This document shows positions 39,652 to 49,947 of a stretch of 64,000 bases of DNA, in pieces. The DNA comes from Candidatus Komeilibacteria bacterium (GTDB lineage Bacteria; Patescibacteriota; Patescibacteriia; UBA1558; 2-01-FULL-52-15), in NCBI GenBank assembly GCA_043801745.1, contig JAZDLR010000021.1:6018-70017 (forward strand), read 5' to 3'. The notes below the pieces were generated by a model. The model worked only from the letters and a program-made list of their open reading frames with translations. It had not been told where the DNA came from and made no database searches. The first letter of the stretch is position 1, and each line of letters opens with the position of its first letter. The translations under genes were made by a program, and so were the position numbers.

Positions 39652-39819
39652 CTAGCGCCGGTTGATGGCCTTGATGATTTCCTGGGCCGAGATGTCGATC
39701 TGAGTGACGACTGCCAGGATTCCGGCAATCACGCCCGGCCCGATCAGGAAGTCGCACACCGGAAAAATCGCAGCGAACATGAAGCAAGTTGCTGACAGGA
39801 AAGCAAGAATGAAGGGCAT
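39652..39819 (-). CDS. Small membrane protein (55 aa), not in ORF track
   Basis: MPFILAFLSATCFMFAAIFPVCDFLIGPGVIAGILAVVTQIDISAQEIIKAINRR; SD aaggag; first ORF after a consensus promoter. Confidence 0.6.
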   Translation of the reverse strand: MPFILAFLSATCFMFAAIFPVCDFLIGPGVIAGILAVVTQIDISAQEIIKAINRR

Positions 39820-39898
39820 GATAGTCTCCTTATTGGCGTCGCCCTATGGGCGAGCCGGTCAAGGTACGTCATAAGCTAACCTTAGCCTAGAATATAGT

Positions 39899-39927
39899 AT
39901 TATAGCACCAATTCTAGCCATTGTCAA
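39899..39927 (-). promoter_or_regulatory. Consensus sigma70 promoter driving the accessory array
   Basis: TTGACA-17nt-TATAAT with extended TG on minus strand. Confidence 0.85.
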
Positions 39928-40011
39928 GTAGGGGGTGGTAGGGGGCGGAAATGGGGGTTTGAGCACAAGAAAAAGCCCCTGTTTGGGGCTTATTGTTATT
40001 GATTTTTTAAT

Positions 40012-40168
40012 ACCTCACCCCAACCCTCTCCTTGAAAAGGAGAGGGAGGATGCGCGGAGGTTGAGTAGAGCGACTAGCTTTATAAATAGCGTTCCTCTCC
40101 TTTTGAAGGAGAGGACAGGCCTGCCCGCCGTAGCTCTGAAAGTAACGAAGAGCGAAGGCGGGTGAGGT
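40012..40168. repeat. Family C composite palindrome (solo copy of the DUF559 flanks)
   Basis: acctcacccc-aaccctctccttgaaaaggagaggg...cctctccttttgaaggagagg...ggtgaggt; matches 61644-61773 and 62227-62381. Confidence 0.85.
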
Positions 40169-40179
40169 AATCTAACAAA

Positions 40180-41028
40180 TTATTGACGACTCAAAGCCAG
40201 CACCCGAATCCGGTTACTGAGATCAGGATAGAAAGTATAATCCCAATCAGGCAGAGTTTGCTTAATATCGCTTTCAATAATATCTTTTTGACTGGGATCA
40301 AGTTCTAAGAGAACCAGTGAACCTGATTTGGTAAATGCCGGCAGTTGCGGTAAAAGTTGTCGGATAAAGTGCAATCCTTGTTTACCGCCGTGCAGAGCTA
40401 ACTCCGGTTCGTGCTTAATCGAGGGCTCGGTTAATTGTTCAATGGTAAGGTAGGGGAGATTAGCTACAATCAGGTTGTAGGTTGTAGGTTGTAGGTTGTA
40501 GTCAGAGAACGTATTAAAAAGATTTGATTGTATGAAAGTAACAGCCGCGTTATTTTCAATGGCATTTTTTTTCGCTACTGCCAGAGCTTTGGCTGAAATA
40601 TCACTGGCAAAGTAATTAAACTGATTATTGGTTTCACAAGCCAAAGTAATGATCAGACAGCCCGAGCCAGTTCCGACATCCAGAATACTGGCTTGTTTTT
40701 TATCTTTCAGATATGCTAAAGCTTTCATAATTAGAACTTCGCTATCCGGCCGGGGAATTAGCACATCAGGATTAACTTTAAATTTCAGGCCATAGAATTC
40801 CTGTAAACCGCGGATATAGGCCATCGGTTTACCCGTTGCCCGCTCTTTAACCTGATTAATAAAATTGTTGTATTTATCATCGTTAATGTCTTGTCCCGGA
40901 TGCATCAGTAGCTGACTGCGGTCTACTTCTAAAACATGACTAAGCAAAAGATCGGCTTCGCCGGGATCAATAGATTGGGCTCGTAAGATTGAAGCTGCCT
41001 GTTCTAGGGCAGCTTGGATGGTAGGCAT
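40180..41028 (-). CDS. prmC: Release factor glutamine methyltransferase
   Basis: PMAYIRG, VLIPRPDSE, LDVGTGSG, ANLPY, HEPELALHGG; downstream of prfA. Confidence 0.95.
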   Translation of the reverse strand: MPTIQAALEQAASILRAQSIDPGEADLLLSHVLEVDRSQLLMHPGQDINDDKYNNFINQVKERATGKPMAYIRGLQEFYGLKFKVNPDVLIPRPDSEVLIMKALAYLKDKKQASILDVGTGSGCLIITLACETNNQFNYFASDISAKALAVAKKNAIENNAAVTFIQSNLFNTFSDYNLQPTTYNLIVANLPYLTIEQLTEPSIKHEPELALHGGKQGLHFIRQLLPQLPAFTKSGSLVLLELDPSQKDIIESDIKQTLPDWDYTFYPDLSNRIRVLALSRQ

Positions 41029-41029
41029 A

Positions 41030-42082
41030 TTAAGTTGTGGCCGTCTGTTTTTCGGCTGTATGCAGGGCTTGGATTAATTCATCTAAATCGCCGTCCATAA
41101 TATCCGGCAAGCTATGACCGGTATATTTTATGCGGTGGTCAGTCAGCCGGTCTTGGGGAAAGTTATAGGTGCGGATTTTCTCACTTCGGTCACCGGTGCC
41201 GATCTGACTTTTACGCGCATCAGCCCGCTCTTGATGCAGACGTTCTTTTTCTAGCGCGAGAAGCCGCGAAGCTAAGACTTGCAGGGCTTTTAAGCGGTTT
41301 TGCTGTTGTGACTTTTCATCCTGACAAGTTACTATCATTCCTGTGGGCACGTGGACTACGCGTACGGCGGAATAAGTTGTATTAACTGATTGTCCGCCGT
41401 GTCCGCCGGCCATAAAAGTATCTATGCGTAGATCCTCGGGCTTAAGTTGAATATCCGCTTCTTCCGCTTCCGGCAGAACAGCCACAGTGACAGTGGAAGT
41501 ATGAACACGGCCGGCTTTTTCCGTGGCCGGTACCCGCTGTACGCGGTGTACCCCGGATTCATATTTAAGATCACGGTAAACGTGGTCGCCGTGCACTTCG
41601 AAAATGATTTCTTTATAACCGCCAAGCTCCGTGCGGTTGGCGGAAATAATGTGCGGCCGCCAACCGTGACGCTCAGCGTAGCGGGTATACATGCGGAATA
41701 ATTCCGCGGCAAAAAGCGCCGACTCATCGCCACCGGCCCCGGGACGGATTTCTATAATAATATCTTTCTTGTCCAGAGGGTCAGCTGGATTAGTCAGGTC
41801 TTCCAGTTTATTTTTAGCTTCGGTGAGTTGCGATCCCAGTTGAATAATCTCCTCCCGCGTCAGAGCAGCCATTTCCGGATCAGGCTCGTTGTTCAAGGAC
41901 AACTCCAGATGCTCAATTTCGAACAGCAGCTGGCTGACAGTTTCGCTGGTTTCCACAATGTCTTTCTTTTCCTTGTATTCTTTATTTAAAGCTTGCATTT
42001 TCGCCGGATCAGAAGCAGCGGCCGGAGTGGACATTTCAGCCTCTAGTTCTTGCAGACGTAGTTTTAGTTCTTGAATATTCAT
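41030..42082 (-). CDS. prfA: Peptide chain release factor 1
   Basis: GAGGDE, ESGVHRVQRVPATE (PxT motif), GGQSVN, DRSEKIRTYNFPQ. Confidence 0.97.
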   Translation of the reverse strand: MNIQELKLRLQELEAEMSTPAAASDPAKMQALNKEYKEKKDIVETSETVSQLLFEIEHLELSLNNEPDPEMAALTREEIIQLGSQLTEAKNKLEDLTNPADPLDKKDIIIEIRPGAGGDESALFAAELFRMYTRYAERHGWRPHIISANRTELGGYKEIIFEVHGDHVYRDLKYESGVHRVQRVPATEKAGRVHTSTVTVAVLPEAEEADIQLKPEDLRIDTFMAGGHGGQSVNTTYSAVRVVHVPTGMIVTCQDEKSQQQNRLKALQVLASRLLALEKERLHQERADARKSQIGTGDRSEKIRTYNFPQDRLTDHRIKYTGHSLPDIMDGDLDELIQALHTAEKQTATT

Positions 42083-42141
42083 GGTGGGAATTAAAAACAG
42101 AGCTCGGCTTCATTATAGCAGGAAGCAGAACTCTGGCGTAG

Positions 42142-42432
42142 TTACTTTTCGGCTTTGGCTTTGCCGGCTTTCTTGACTTTGGCCGCGGCTTTCTTGACCT
42201 TGCGGCCCTTGCGCACAGCCGATTCAGCTGCTTGCTTGCTGACCAATTTCTTGAAGCGGTCAACGCGGCCGGCAGTATCAATCAGCTTATCTTTACCGGT
42301 ATAGAAAGGGTGACATTGGGAGCAAATTTCCACTTGTAGTGATTCTACAGTAGAACCCACGGTAAATACATTACCACAGGCGCAGGTAATCTTAGCTTTG
42401 GGATAATAGGTGGGGTGGGTGTCTTTTTTCAT
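42142..42432 (-). CDS. rpmE: 50S ribosomal protein L31 (Zn-binding type)
   Basis: [27 protein letters not shown]. Confidence 0.97.
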   Translation of the reverse strand: MKKDTHPTYYPKAKITCACGNVFTVGSTVESLQVEICSQCHPFYTGKDKLIDTAGRVDRFKKLVSKQAAESAVRKGRKVKKAAAKVKKAGKAKAEK

Positions 42433-42466
42433 AGTAGTCGCATAATAACAGAGGATTAGGGGGTTG

Positions 42467-43285
42467 TCAATAATCTAGCTTGGAGAGTAATTTTTTGACC
42501 TTGCCACTATCAATCCTTTGATCCCAACCCGTAAGATTAGTTAGTTTCTTATTGACCTTGCCTTTTTTCAGAGCAGTGCTGACAATAACTCCGTTGGCAT
42601 AATTAAGAATAGTGGTGATATTTTTCGAATTAACTCCGCTACCGGCCAGAATAGGATGTTGACCGGCTGCCCCGCGGGCAATAGCCAGGTCAGTTGTTTG
42701 CGGCGCGTCACCAGTCCAGCTGCCGGTTATGATTAAAGCGTCTGAACCTTTCTTAATTGCCAGACGGGCTGATTGCGCCAGTGAATAGCGGGACAATAAT
42801 TTTGCATGCTTAACGTGAATATCAGTAAAAATTTGCACGCCTTCAGCTTTGATTTGACGCCGGTAGCGTATTACATCATCGGGCTGACCTTTGATGATGC
42901 CGCAGGCAGTTTTAACGGTGTCCACAAAAACCGGAATTCTGATAAAAGATAAATCGGCAATTTTAGCAATTGATAATGCGGCGCGGTAATCGTTCCAAAG
43001 TACCGATATACCCAGAGGCAGCCGGGGAAAGCTCTGACGTAGTTTGACAGCCAGATATGTCAGGCAGGCCAAGGATCCGGCCGGAATATTTACCTGATGC
43101 GGCAGGTCATAATTATTTTCCATTATAACTCCTGGCGCTCCGCCGGCTATAAAATTTTTGATGTCTTGGGTGGAATTTTTTAAAGACGTTTTAATACCTG
43201 GAAATTCCGGGTAGCCCAATAAAGGGGGAAAATGAACTGCCCCGATGACAATATGGGAATTTTGCTGAAATATAGACTTTAACAT
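42467..43285 (-). CDS. BtpA/SgcQ family TIM-barrel protein
   Basis: [40 protein letters not shown]. Confidence 0.88.
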   Translation of the reverse strand: MLKSIFQQNSHIVIGAVHFPPLLGYPEFPGIKTSLKNSTQDIKNFIAGGAPGVIMENNYDLPHQVNIPAGSLACLTYLAVKLRQSFPRLPLGISVLWNDYRAALSIAKIADLSFIRIPVFVDTVKTACGIIKGQPDDVIRYRRQIKAEGVQIFTDIHVKHAKLLSRYSLAQSARLAIKKGSDALIITGSWTGDAPQTTDLAIARGAAGQHPILAGSGVNSKNITTILNYANGVIVSTALKKGKVNKKLTNLTGWDQRIDSGKVKKLLSKLDY

Positions 43286-43692
43286 TGTGTTAGTATAGCA
43301 TCAGTTATTTTCAGAAAGAAGAGCGGCCCGCGCATAAGAAGGCGCGGGCCGCGGGCTGTCAGGCCAGGAATTCCCGTATGTTCTGAACATGGTTAAAGAC
43401 CTGACCGCTGGCAAAAACTTCGCTGGCCAGCTTCTGAAGTAGTCAAGCAAAACCAGAATACCCGAAGCCCTGGCGGTTACCAAACTGCCGGGGCTTCTTC
43501 TTTTTATTATGAGAAATAGTTCGCTATAGTGCTTTGTAAGAAAAGAATCTTATCAGCGGCTAATATTAGTCAGGTGTATATTCTGGGGATAATTTCACTA
43601 GCGACAAAGTTGAAATATTAGGTTATATTAAAGGTGGAATTTAGCCTTATTTACATTTTTATTTAGTTGTGCTCTAATGTGGTCACTAATTA

Positions 43693-44313
43693 ATGCCTCT
43701 CTCAATGCCTAGAAAGACCCTTATCCGTGTAATTTTACTAGCTGCCTTTGTGGCGTCTTTTGGCTATCTTTCCTGGACTTCGGTCAGAATCTATAGTCAG
43801 TCGCTGCCAACAGCGGAAACGGCTGATCAGGCAACGTCAACCGATACAGACCAACCCTTGCAAGGAACTAATATTGCTCAAGCAGCTACCGCTAAGTCCG
43901 AAGTCGCGGCTAATCAAATCAATACTTTGCAGGTTGCTGCCATGAAAGTTGACAGCCGGATCTGGGAAGGCGCTGGAACTGCGACACTGAATAAAGGTTT
44001 ATGGCGCATTCCCGGCAGTTCCACTCCGGATAAAGGCGGCAACACCGTTATTGCGGCACACCGCTGGAAATGGTTGCCCACCAGTAAGAAGTCTTTTTAC
44101 GATATTGATAAAGTTAAAGTCGGTGACCAAATTTCTCTGCAGTGGGCCGGCAAAGATTATCAGTATAAGGTTTCTAAAATTAGCACTGTAACTCCGGACA
44201 AGGTTGATATTTTAAAAAATAGTGATCAGCCCAAGCTGACGCTTTTTTCTTGCACGCCGCTTTTTTCCAGCAAGTACCGCCTGATTGTTGAAGCTGATCT
44301 GATAACAACTTAA
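43693..44313 (+). CDS. Sortase
   Basis: N-terminal TM; GNTVIAAH, LTLFSC, YRLIV (His/Cys/Arg triad). Confidence 0.9.
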   Translation: MPLSMPRKTLIRVILLAAFVASFGYLSWTSVRIYSQSLPTAETADQATSTDTDQPLQGTNIAQAATAKSEVAANQINTLQVAAMKVDSRIWEGAGTATLNKGLWRIPGSSTPDKGGNTVIAAHRWKWLPTSKKSFYDIDKVKVGDQISLQWAGKDYQYKVSKISTVTPDKVDILKNSDQPKLTLFSCTPLFSSKYRLIVEADLITT

Positions 44314-44360
44314 TTTATTAAATTATTTATTAATTTTCGAGGAGGGTCGACAATAATTAT

Positions 44361-47300
44361 ATGAAAAAATATTTTCACAAGCTGCAGCGGACACTGACGT
44401 TGCTATCCTTGCTGGCTCTGGTCGTGAGTCAAGCGGGATTGCAATCAGTGCCTTTAGCAGGATTGAACTTGACTAAGAAGGCCCAAGCTCAATTAGCGGC
44501 ACCAGTAATAACTATTGGTGGCATGAAATGGGAAGATTTAAACGGGAATGGCGTGCTAGATAGTGGTGAACCAGGTGTTCAAGGGGTTCAGATTAATATC
44601 AATCAATTGCTTTTAGCTGATGCGCCGTCAATAAGAGGTTTATTTATTCCTACGGCCCATGCTGATTTTGTTTATTCCGCCAGTACCGTGACTGATAGTC
44701 AGGGTAACTATTCTTTTACTGATGTACCTCTGGGCGGTAGCTATGATGTTTGTGAAACCGTACCCTCTGGTTGGCACCAAACCTTTCCGATAAATGCTAA
44801 TAATAATTGTCATCGGATAAATTTAAATCTTTCAGAGACAGAATCAGTGACTGGTGCACCCATCTATGATTTTGGTAATCAACGTAATCAGGCTACTATC
44901 GTTGTTGATAAGATCGTTTGTCCGAATGAATCTGACTTGCCCAATTGGGGCGATCATTCTGGCGGCCCAATTGACGCTAATACCGCCGCTGTCTTTTTAC
45001 GGGAACATAAGGATTGTCATCTGGCTTCCGGATGGAGTTTCCAGTGGGCTTTCAATAATGTTGAGAATCCCGGAGATCAAACGGCAACATCAAGTGATTT
45101 GACTACCTTTGGCCCAACAGATGGCTCTGGTCGGACATCAACCCAGGTAGTACTGGGTGATAAGGACGAAATTAGGGTGCGGGAAGTTTTTCAGTCAGGT
45201 TATATACCGTTTACTGGTGCCAGTACTGCCGATAATGTCAGCGCGGAGATTTACTGTAATGATGATGTTCTGAATTATGATAATTATGATTATATCCGTG
45301 GTGCCAGCGTTGGCAACACATATTATTGTGTAGCCTGGAACGTGGCTCAATTGCCAGCCCAGCAGTGCGGTAATGGTCAGGTAGAGGGTACGGAAGTTTG
45401 TGATGAAGGTACGGTTAATGGTCAGCCGCTACATTGTAACCTTGACTGCAGCGGTAACACTCTACCGGTTTGCGGCAACCAGATTACCGAAAGTGATCCT
45501 TACGGCGCTGAGCAATGTGATGACGGCAATTTGAATGACGGTGACGGTTGTAGCTCAACTTGTCAGCAGGAACAGATTGCCTGTCATTCACCGCTAGACT
45601 ATGTCAATACTGAAGGTGTACTCGGTCCTGATCACGGATTAACTTTGAGCGATGCGGTGATTTTTACCCAGAGATACGAAGCAGCTTTAGGCAGTCACAC
45701 TGGTGATGGTAACTTTGATGCTACGGTTGACGTGAATAATGACGGTGCCATTACTGCAGCTGATTATCTTTGCACTCGGCCTTATTACGCTGCCAATGGT
45801 CCGTACACCTGTCAGCTAGATTGTAATAATATCTGCGTCAATCCTTTGGATTATGACCAAAACTATCAGATTACCTTGAGTGATGGAACTGAATTTACGA
45901 ATTATTACGAGAATAAAACTTATGCCACCTCTAGCGCCAGATATTTGGCTGACCTAAATGGTAATGGCGGGGTTGATTATGGTGATTATCTTTGCTCTTA
46001 TGATCAGCTGGCTATGGCTGATTATCAGTGTCCGATTAAGTGCGCCTCGGTTTGTGGCGATGGCACTATTCAGCCACGTTTAGGTGAAACTTGCGATGAT
46101 GGTAATCATATTGATTTTGATGGTTGCAGTTCTTTCTGCCAGACAGAAACTAATGAATGCCAGGAGCCGAATAAATTGGATTATAATCATGATTATCAGT
46201 TTACCGGCGGTGACGCAGTTATCTTTACCAGTTTTTATGAAGCTGATAATAGTCAGGCTGACGTCAATAACGACGGATTAGTTGATTATGGCGATAAGCT
46301 CTGTGCCAATAAATATTACAGCGCAGCCTTAGCTTATGTCTGTGATATTGTTTGTCCAGACTATACTCCAGTTTGCGGTGACACCCATATAGATGAGGGT
46401 GAACAATGTGATGATGGTAATACCACTAATGGTGACGGTTGTAATTCTAGATGTCAGAATGAACAGCTAATGTGTGTTGGTACTGGTACCTATACTCTGG
46501 ACGCTGATTTTGATAAAGGTACTTTGATCAATGTCGTGCATACTCCGAGCGATCAGTTGCAGTTAAGCAGTGAGATGAAGGCTTTTAACTTCATCTGGGT
46601 AGCCGTTTCTACCAAAGGAACAGTGGTGAAGATAAATACTGACACCGGAGCGATTATGGGCGAATATGCCACTAATCCGGCCTCACATGGCTGGGGCCAG
46701 GGCAATCCTTCACGAACGACAGTTGATAAAGACGGCAGTGTTTGGCTGACTAACCGCAACGATGTTTATGAAGGCGTTGGTTCAGTCATCCACATAGGAT
46801 TGGTGGAAAATAATCAGTGCCAAGACCGTAATGGTAATGGTCTGATTGATACTTCGACTGCCCAGAATGATATTAAGCCCTGGACCACTGCTTCGGTTTC
46901 GCCGGGTGTTGGTACAGCCGAAGATGAATGTATTATTCATTATGTGAAATTACCCAACTCCAGCGGTACTAGACACGTTTCTGTTACTGCCAATAATGAT
47001 GTTTGGGTGGCTGGATTATATTCCAGAAATTTTGATTTGGTAAAAGGTGGAGGTCCTGGAGTACCTGGTTCTGGCACCATTATCCGCAGTGAATCTAGTG
47101 TTGGTTATGGCGGTTATGGTGGTTTAATTACACCGAGCGGCGTGATTTGGTCCTCTAATCCGTTAATGCGCTGGGATACATCTGTACCGCTAGTAGCTGG
47201 AAATTTCCTCGGCTACGGACACGATAGCTATGGTTTATGTATAGATCCGAGTGGTAATGTCTGGAATACCTCACTATCCGGAGACCAAATACGGAAATTT

Positions 47301-48743
47301 GCTCCGGATGGTTCTCTGCTAGGAACATTCGGACATGGAAGCTATTACGCTCAGGGTTGTGCTGCAGCTGCCAACGGTGATATTTGGGTAGCTGGCTCTC
47401 TCTATGATACTGTGGTTGGTCACTTGAAAAATAATGGAACTTTGGTCGGTACTGTATCTGTGCCTTCCGGACCTACCGGCATTGCTGTAGATGCTAATGG
47501 AAAAGTTTGGTCAACGAATTACAATGCCGGCAATGTGACCCGTATAGATCCGTTAGGCGGAGCAATTGGTGGCGATGGGGTAACTCCTATTGGATCAGTT
47601 GATCTTACTACAGTTGGTTTAGGTGGAAATCCTTATAACTATTCTGATATGACTGGCAGTACCTTATCCGGCAGCGCCACTAACGGTACTTGGACAGTTA
47701 TTCATGATGGTGAAGTTTCTCTGCCCTGGGGTAGTTTGACTTGGACTGCTACTGGTTCACTGACTGTTACTGTTGCGACCAGTGAAGACGGTTCTACTTT
47801 TGGTGCGCCCCAGACAATTACTAGCGGTCAGGATCTATCCAGCTTAACCTCGCGTTATCTGAAGATTGTTGTTGCTTTCGAGCGGGAAGTTACTGGTGCC
47901 AGTCCGATTCTCTATGATCTGACAGTTAATAGACTTTGCGATCAGCCGCCGGCACCAAGCTGCGGTAATAGCGTTATTGATGAAGGTGAGCAGTGTGATG
48001 AAGGTGAAGTGAACGGTCAACCGGGACACTGCAATAGTCAGTGCTCAGGCATAACGGAAGCGACCTGCGGGAATACAATCGTTGAAGCCGGTGAGCAATG
48101 TGATGATGGTAATATTAATGATGGTGACGGCTGCTCTGCTAGCTGTCAAAGTGAGCAAAATCCGCCCACACCTCCTCCAACTCCTGGTCCTTCCCGCAGT
48201 GGCGGCGGTGGCGGAGGTGGTATGACAACCTTAGCCAGTTTGCTGGTTGCTAAGACAGCTTCTTTGCCTTTCGTTTCACCCGGCTCACAGGTTACCTTCA
48301 CAATTTCAGTTACCAATAATGGTAATGTGATTGCTACCAATGTTTCCTTGGATGATTCTTTACCGGCCGGATTTACTTTTGCTGATGGTGGCGGTACGGC
48401 CAAGACTTGGACCTGGGACACGATTGGAGTTGGTCAGACTGTAACGGTATCCTATTTAGTTAATGTTAGCTCTACCGCGTCTCTGGGCGTTTATTCCAAC
48501 ACAGCCGTGGTTAAATCCAATGCCGGAATCGTCTCAGCTCAAGGTTCGGTAAATGTTGAGGTCCGCAGCCCGCAGGTTCTGGGAGTGGAAACTGAAGTCC
48601 CGGCTAGCGCGGAAAAAGTCAAAGTTCTAGGCTTTGAAGCACTGCCTGATACTTCCGGTGACTGGAGTTACTTAGGAATCTTTGGCGCTTTGATCGTCAT
48701 GGGCCTAAGTATTTTCTACGGCCGTAAAGCTTTCCAAGACTAG
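44361..48743 (+). CDS. Sortase-anchored surface protein (SdrD-B-like, Cys-rich repeats, dockerin-like, beta-propeller, DUF11-like)
   Basis: WEDLNGNG..GEPG; repeated CGN/D..E(Q/T)CDDGN..GDGC; DVNNDG; GxVW propeller blades; C-terminal LPDTSG + TM + RK. Confidence 0.85.
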   Translation: MKKYFHKLQRTLTLLSLLALVVSQAGLQSVPLAGLNLTKKAQAQLAAPVITIGGMKWEDLNGNGVLDSGEPGVQGVQININQLLLADAPSIRGLFIPTAHADFVYSASTVTDSQGNYSFTDVPLGGSYDVCETVPSGWHQTFPINANNNCHRINLNLSETESVTGAPIYDFGNQRNQATIVVDKIVCPNESDLPNWGDHSGGPIDANTAAVFLREHKDCHLASGWSFQWAFNNVENPGDQTATSSDLTTFGPTDGSGRTSTQVVLGDKDEIRVREVFQSGYIPFTGASTADNVSAEIYCNDDVLNYDNYDYIRGASVGNTYYCVAWNVAQLPAQQCGNGQVEGTEVCDEGTVNGQPLHCNLDCSGNTLPVCGNQITESDPYGAEQCDDGNLNDGDGCSSTCQQEQIACHSPLDYVNTEGVLGPDHGLTLSDAVIFTQRYEAALGSHTGDGNFDATVDVNNDGAITAADYLCTRPYYAANGPYTCQLDCNNICVNPLDYDQNYQITLSDGTEFTNYYENKTYATSSARYLADLNGNGGVDYGDYLCSYDQLAMADYQCPIKCASVCGDGTIQPRLGETCDDGNHIDFDGCSSFCQTETNECQEPNKLDYNHDYQFTGGDAVIFTSFYEADNSQADVNNDGLVDYGDKLCANKYYSAALAYVCDIVCPDYTPVCGDTHIDEGEQCDDGNTTNGDGCNSRCQNEQLMCVGTGTYTLDADFDKGTLINVVHTPSDQLQLSSEMKAFNFIWVAVSTKGTVVKINTDTGAIMGEYATNPASHGWGQGNPSRTTVDKDGSVWLTNRNDVYEGVGSVIHIGLVENNQCQDRNGNGLIDTSTAQNDIKPWTTASVSPGVGTAEDECIIHYVKLPNSSGTRHVSVTANNDVWVAGLYSRNFDLVKGGGPGVPGSGTIIRSESSVGYGGYGGLITPSGVIWSSNPLMRWDTSVPLVAGNFLGYGHDSYGLCIDPSGNVWNTSLSGDQIRKFAPDGSLLGTFGHGSYYAQGCAAAANGDIWVAGSLYDTVVGHLKNNGTLVGTVSVPSGPTGIAVDANGKVWSTNYNAGNVTRIDPLGGAIGGDGVTPIGSVDLTTVGLGGNPYNYSDMTGSTLSGSATNGTWTVIHDGEVSLPWGSLTWTATGSLTVTVATSEDGSTFGAPQTITSGQDLSSLTSRYLKIVVAFEREVTGASPILYDLTVNRLCDQPPAPSCGNSVIDEGEQCDEGEVNGQPGHCNSQCSGITEATCGNTIVEAGEQCDDGNINDGDGCSASCQSEQNPPTPPPTPGPSRSGGGGGGGMTTLASLLVAKTASLPFVSPGSQVTFTISVTNNGNVIATNVSLDDSLPAGFTFADGGGTAKTWTWDTIGVGQTVTVSYLVNVSSTASLGVYSNTAVVKSNAGIVSAQGSVNVEVRSPQVLGVETEVPASAEKVKVLGFEALPDTSGDWSYLGIFGALIVMGLSIFYGRKAFQD

Positions 48744-48765
48744 GTAAGAGATTAGTTAAGCAATA

Positions 48766-48792
48766 AACAGAGCTCCTGCGGGGGCTCTGTTT
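48766..48792 (+). terminator. Intrinsic terminator
   Basis: aaacagagctc-ctgcg-gggctctgttt. Confidence 0.65.
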
Positions 48793-48815
48793 GGTTTTAT
48801 GAAATTTATTATATC

Positions 48816-48941
48816 CCCTCGCCGGGGAGGCCCTACTTTTGTAACCAAAAGTAGGCAAAAGTTTTGGGGTCGCGTAAGTCGCGTGGGTCTTTTTAGTTTG
48901 ATCTCGCCAGTCGTGGCTATCAGTACGCGACCCCAAACCCC
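48816..48941. repeat. Structured intergenic repeat, family D, copy 1
   Basis: tacttttgt.accaaaagta..caaaagt.ttggggtcgc...gcgaccccaaacccc; second copy at 52077-52209. Confidence 0.8.
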
Positions 48942-49089
48942 TTAAAATATAAAATTAGTAGGCGTTGATTAAACATTAGCGTTCTTACTTTAATCATATC
49001 AACTTCGGCAAAAAATTAACTACGGAAATTCAAAAGGACCCGTCCAGTACAGCGAGATGCTGCACCGGACGGGCCCAAGATGATTCGGG

Positions 49090-49947
49090 CTAGTTGCCCG
49101 GTTTCGGAGTCATACAGTTGATGGCCTCGATGTCGTCGAGGAACCGGTTGAGGAGTCTCACCTTTTCCTCCATCCGCTTGTGCGCCTGGAACCAGTTCGG
49201 CCACTTGGCATTGATCTGAATTTCAGCGGTGTCGAGATCTTCAGCTAGGGCAGCGATCGCGGCGTTCTTGGCGCCGGCCCGCTTCAGCTGATCGGTCATG
49301 CTGGCAACTTTACTCAGATCAGCCAACAGGCCCTGACATTCCATCTGGCTGCACTGAAAATCGGTTCTGGTCGTTCCCAGCTGCAGCTGCAGGTCTTCTA
49401 GCTGAGCCAGGAGACCCTGTTTGTCTTTCCAGGAAGCAACCTGCTGCCGGAACTCGTCGGCCGTGATGATGCCGGCCGCGTAGCGGCAGATCAAATTTCC
49501 ATTGACCTGGCCGTGCAGGTTGGCATCTTCCTTCTCCGCCTCGGTGTAGAGCGCGCGGGTCGTGAAGAGATCCTTGCCGATCTGGATTTCCAGATGGCCG
49601 TATCTGACGATCTGGAGTAGACGGTCAGCAGCCGGGACCCAGCCCCGGTCCAGGTTGATGCTGAACTCCATCTCAGAAGCTTCAACCGGAGCAATGAAAT
49701 TGTAGCGGTAAGAAGATGTGTTCTTGCCCGAACCTTCGGACACAATCACCTCGAAGGCAACCAGATGGTCACAGTTTTCCGTCGGCCGAGCAATGGTGAA
49801 GCTGTTGATCTCTTCAGTTCCAGGTTGAGCGCTGCAATTGCAGCTGGAACCGGAGAACCTCAGACGATAACTCTTCTTGGTCACCAGCTGAAGAACGTCC
49901 GTCGTTGAGGGTGACCTTTCGATAACCACCACTTCATTGGCTTTCAT
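49090..49947 (-). CDS. Hypothetical protein with C-terminal coiled coil (accessory)
   Basis: 285-aa ORF, SD aaggag, own promoter and terminator. Confidence 0.75.
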   Translation of the reverse strand: MKANEVVVIERSPSTTDVLQLVTKKSYRLRFSGSSCNCSAQPGTEEINSFTIARPTENCDHLVAFEVIVSEGSGKNTSSYRYNFIAPVEASEMEFSINLDRGWVPAADRLLQIVRYGHLEIQIGKDLFTTRALYTEAEKEDANLHGQVNGNLICRYAAGIITADEFRQQVASWKDKQGLLAQLEDLQLQLGTTRTDFQCSQMECQGLLADLSKVASMTDQLKRAGAKNAAIAALAEDLDTAEIQINAKWPNWFQAHKRMEEKVRLLNRFLDDIEAINCMTPKPGN

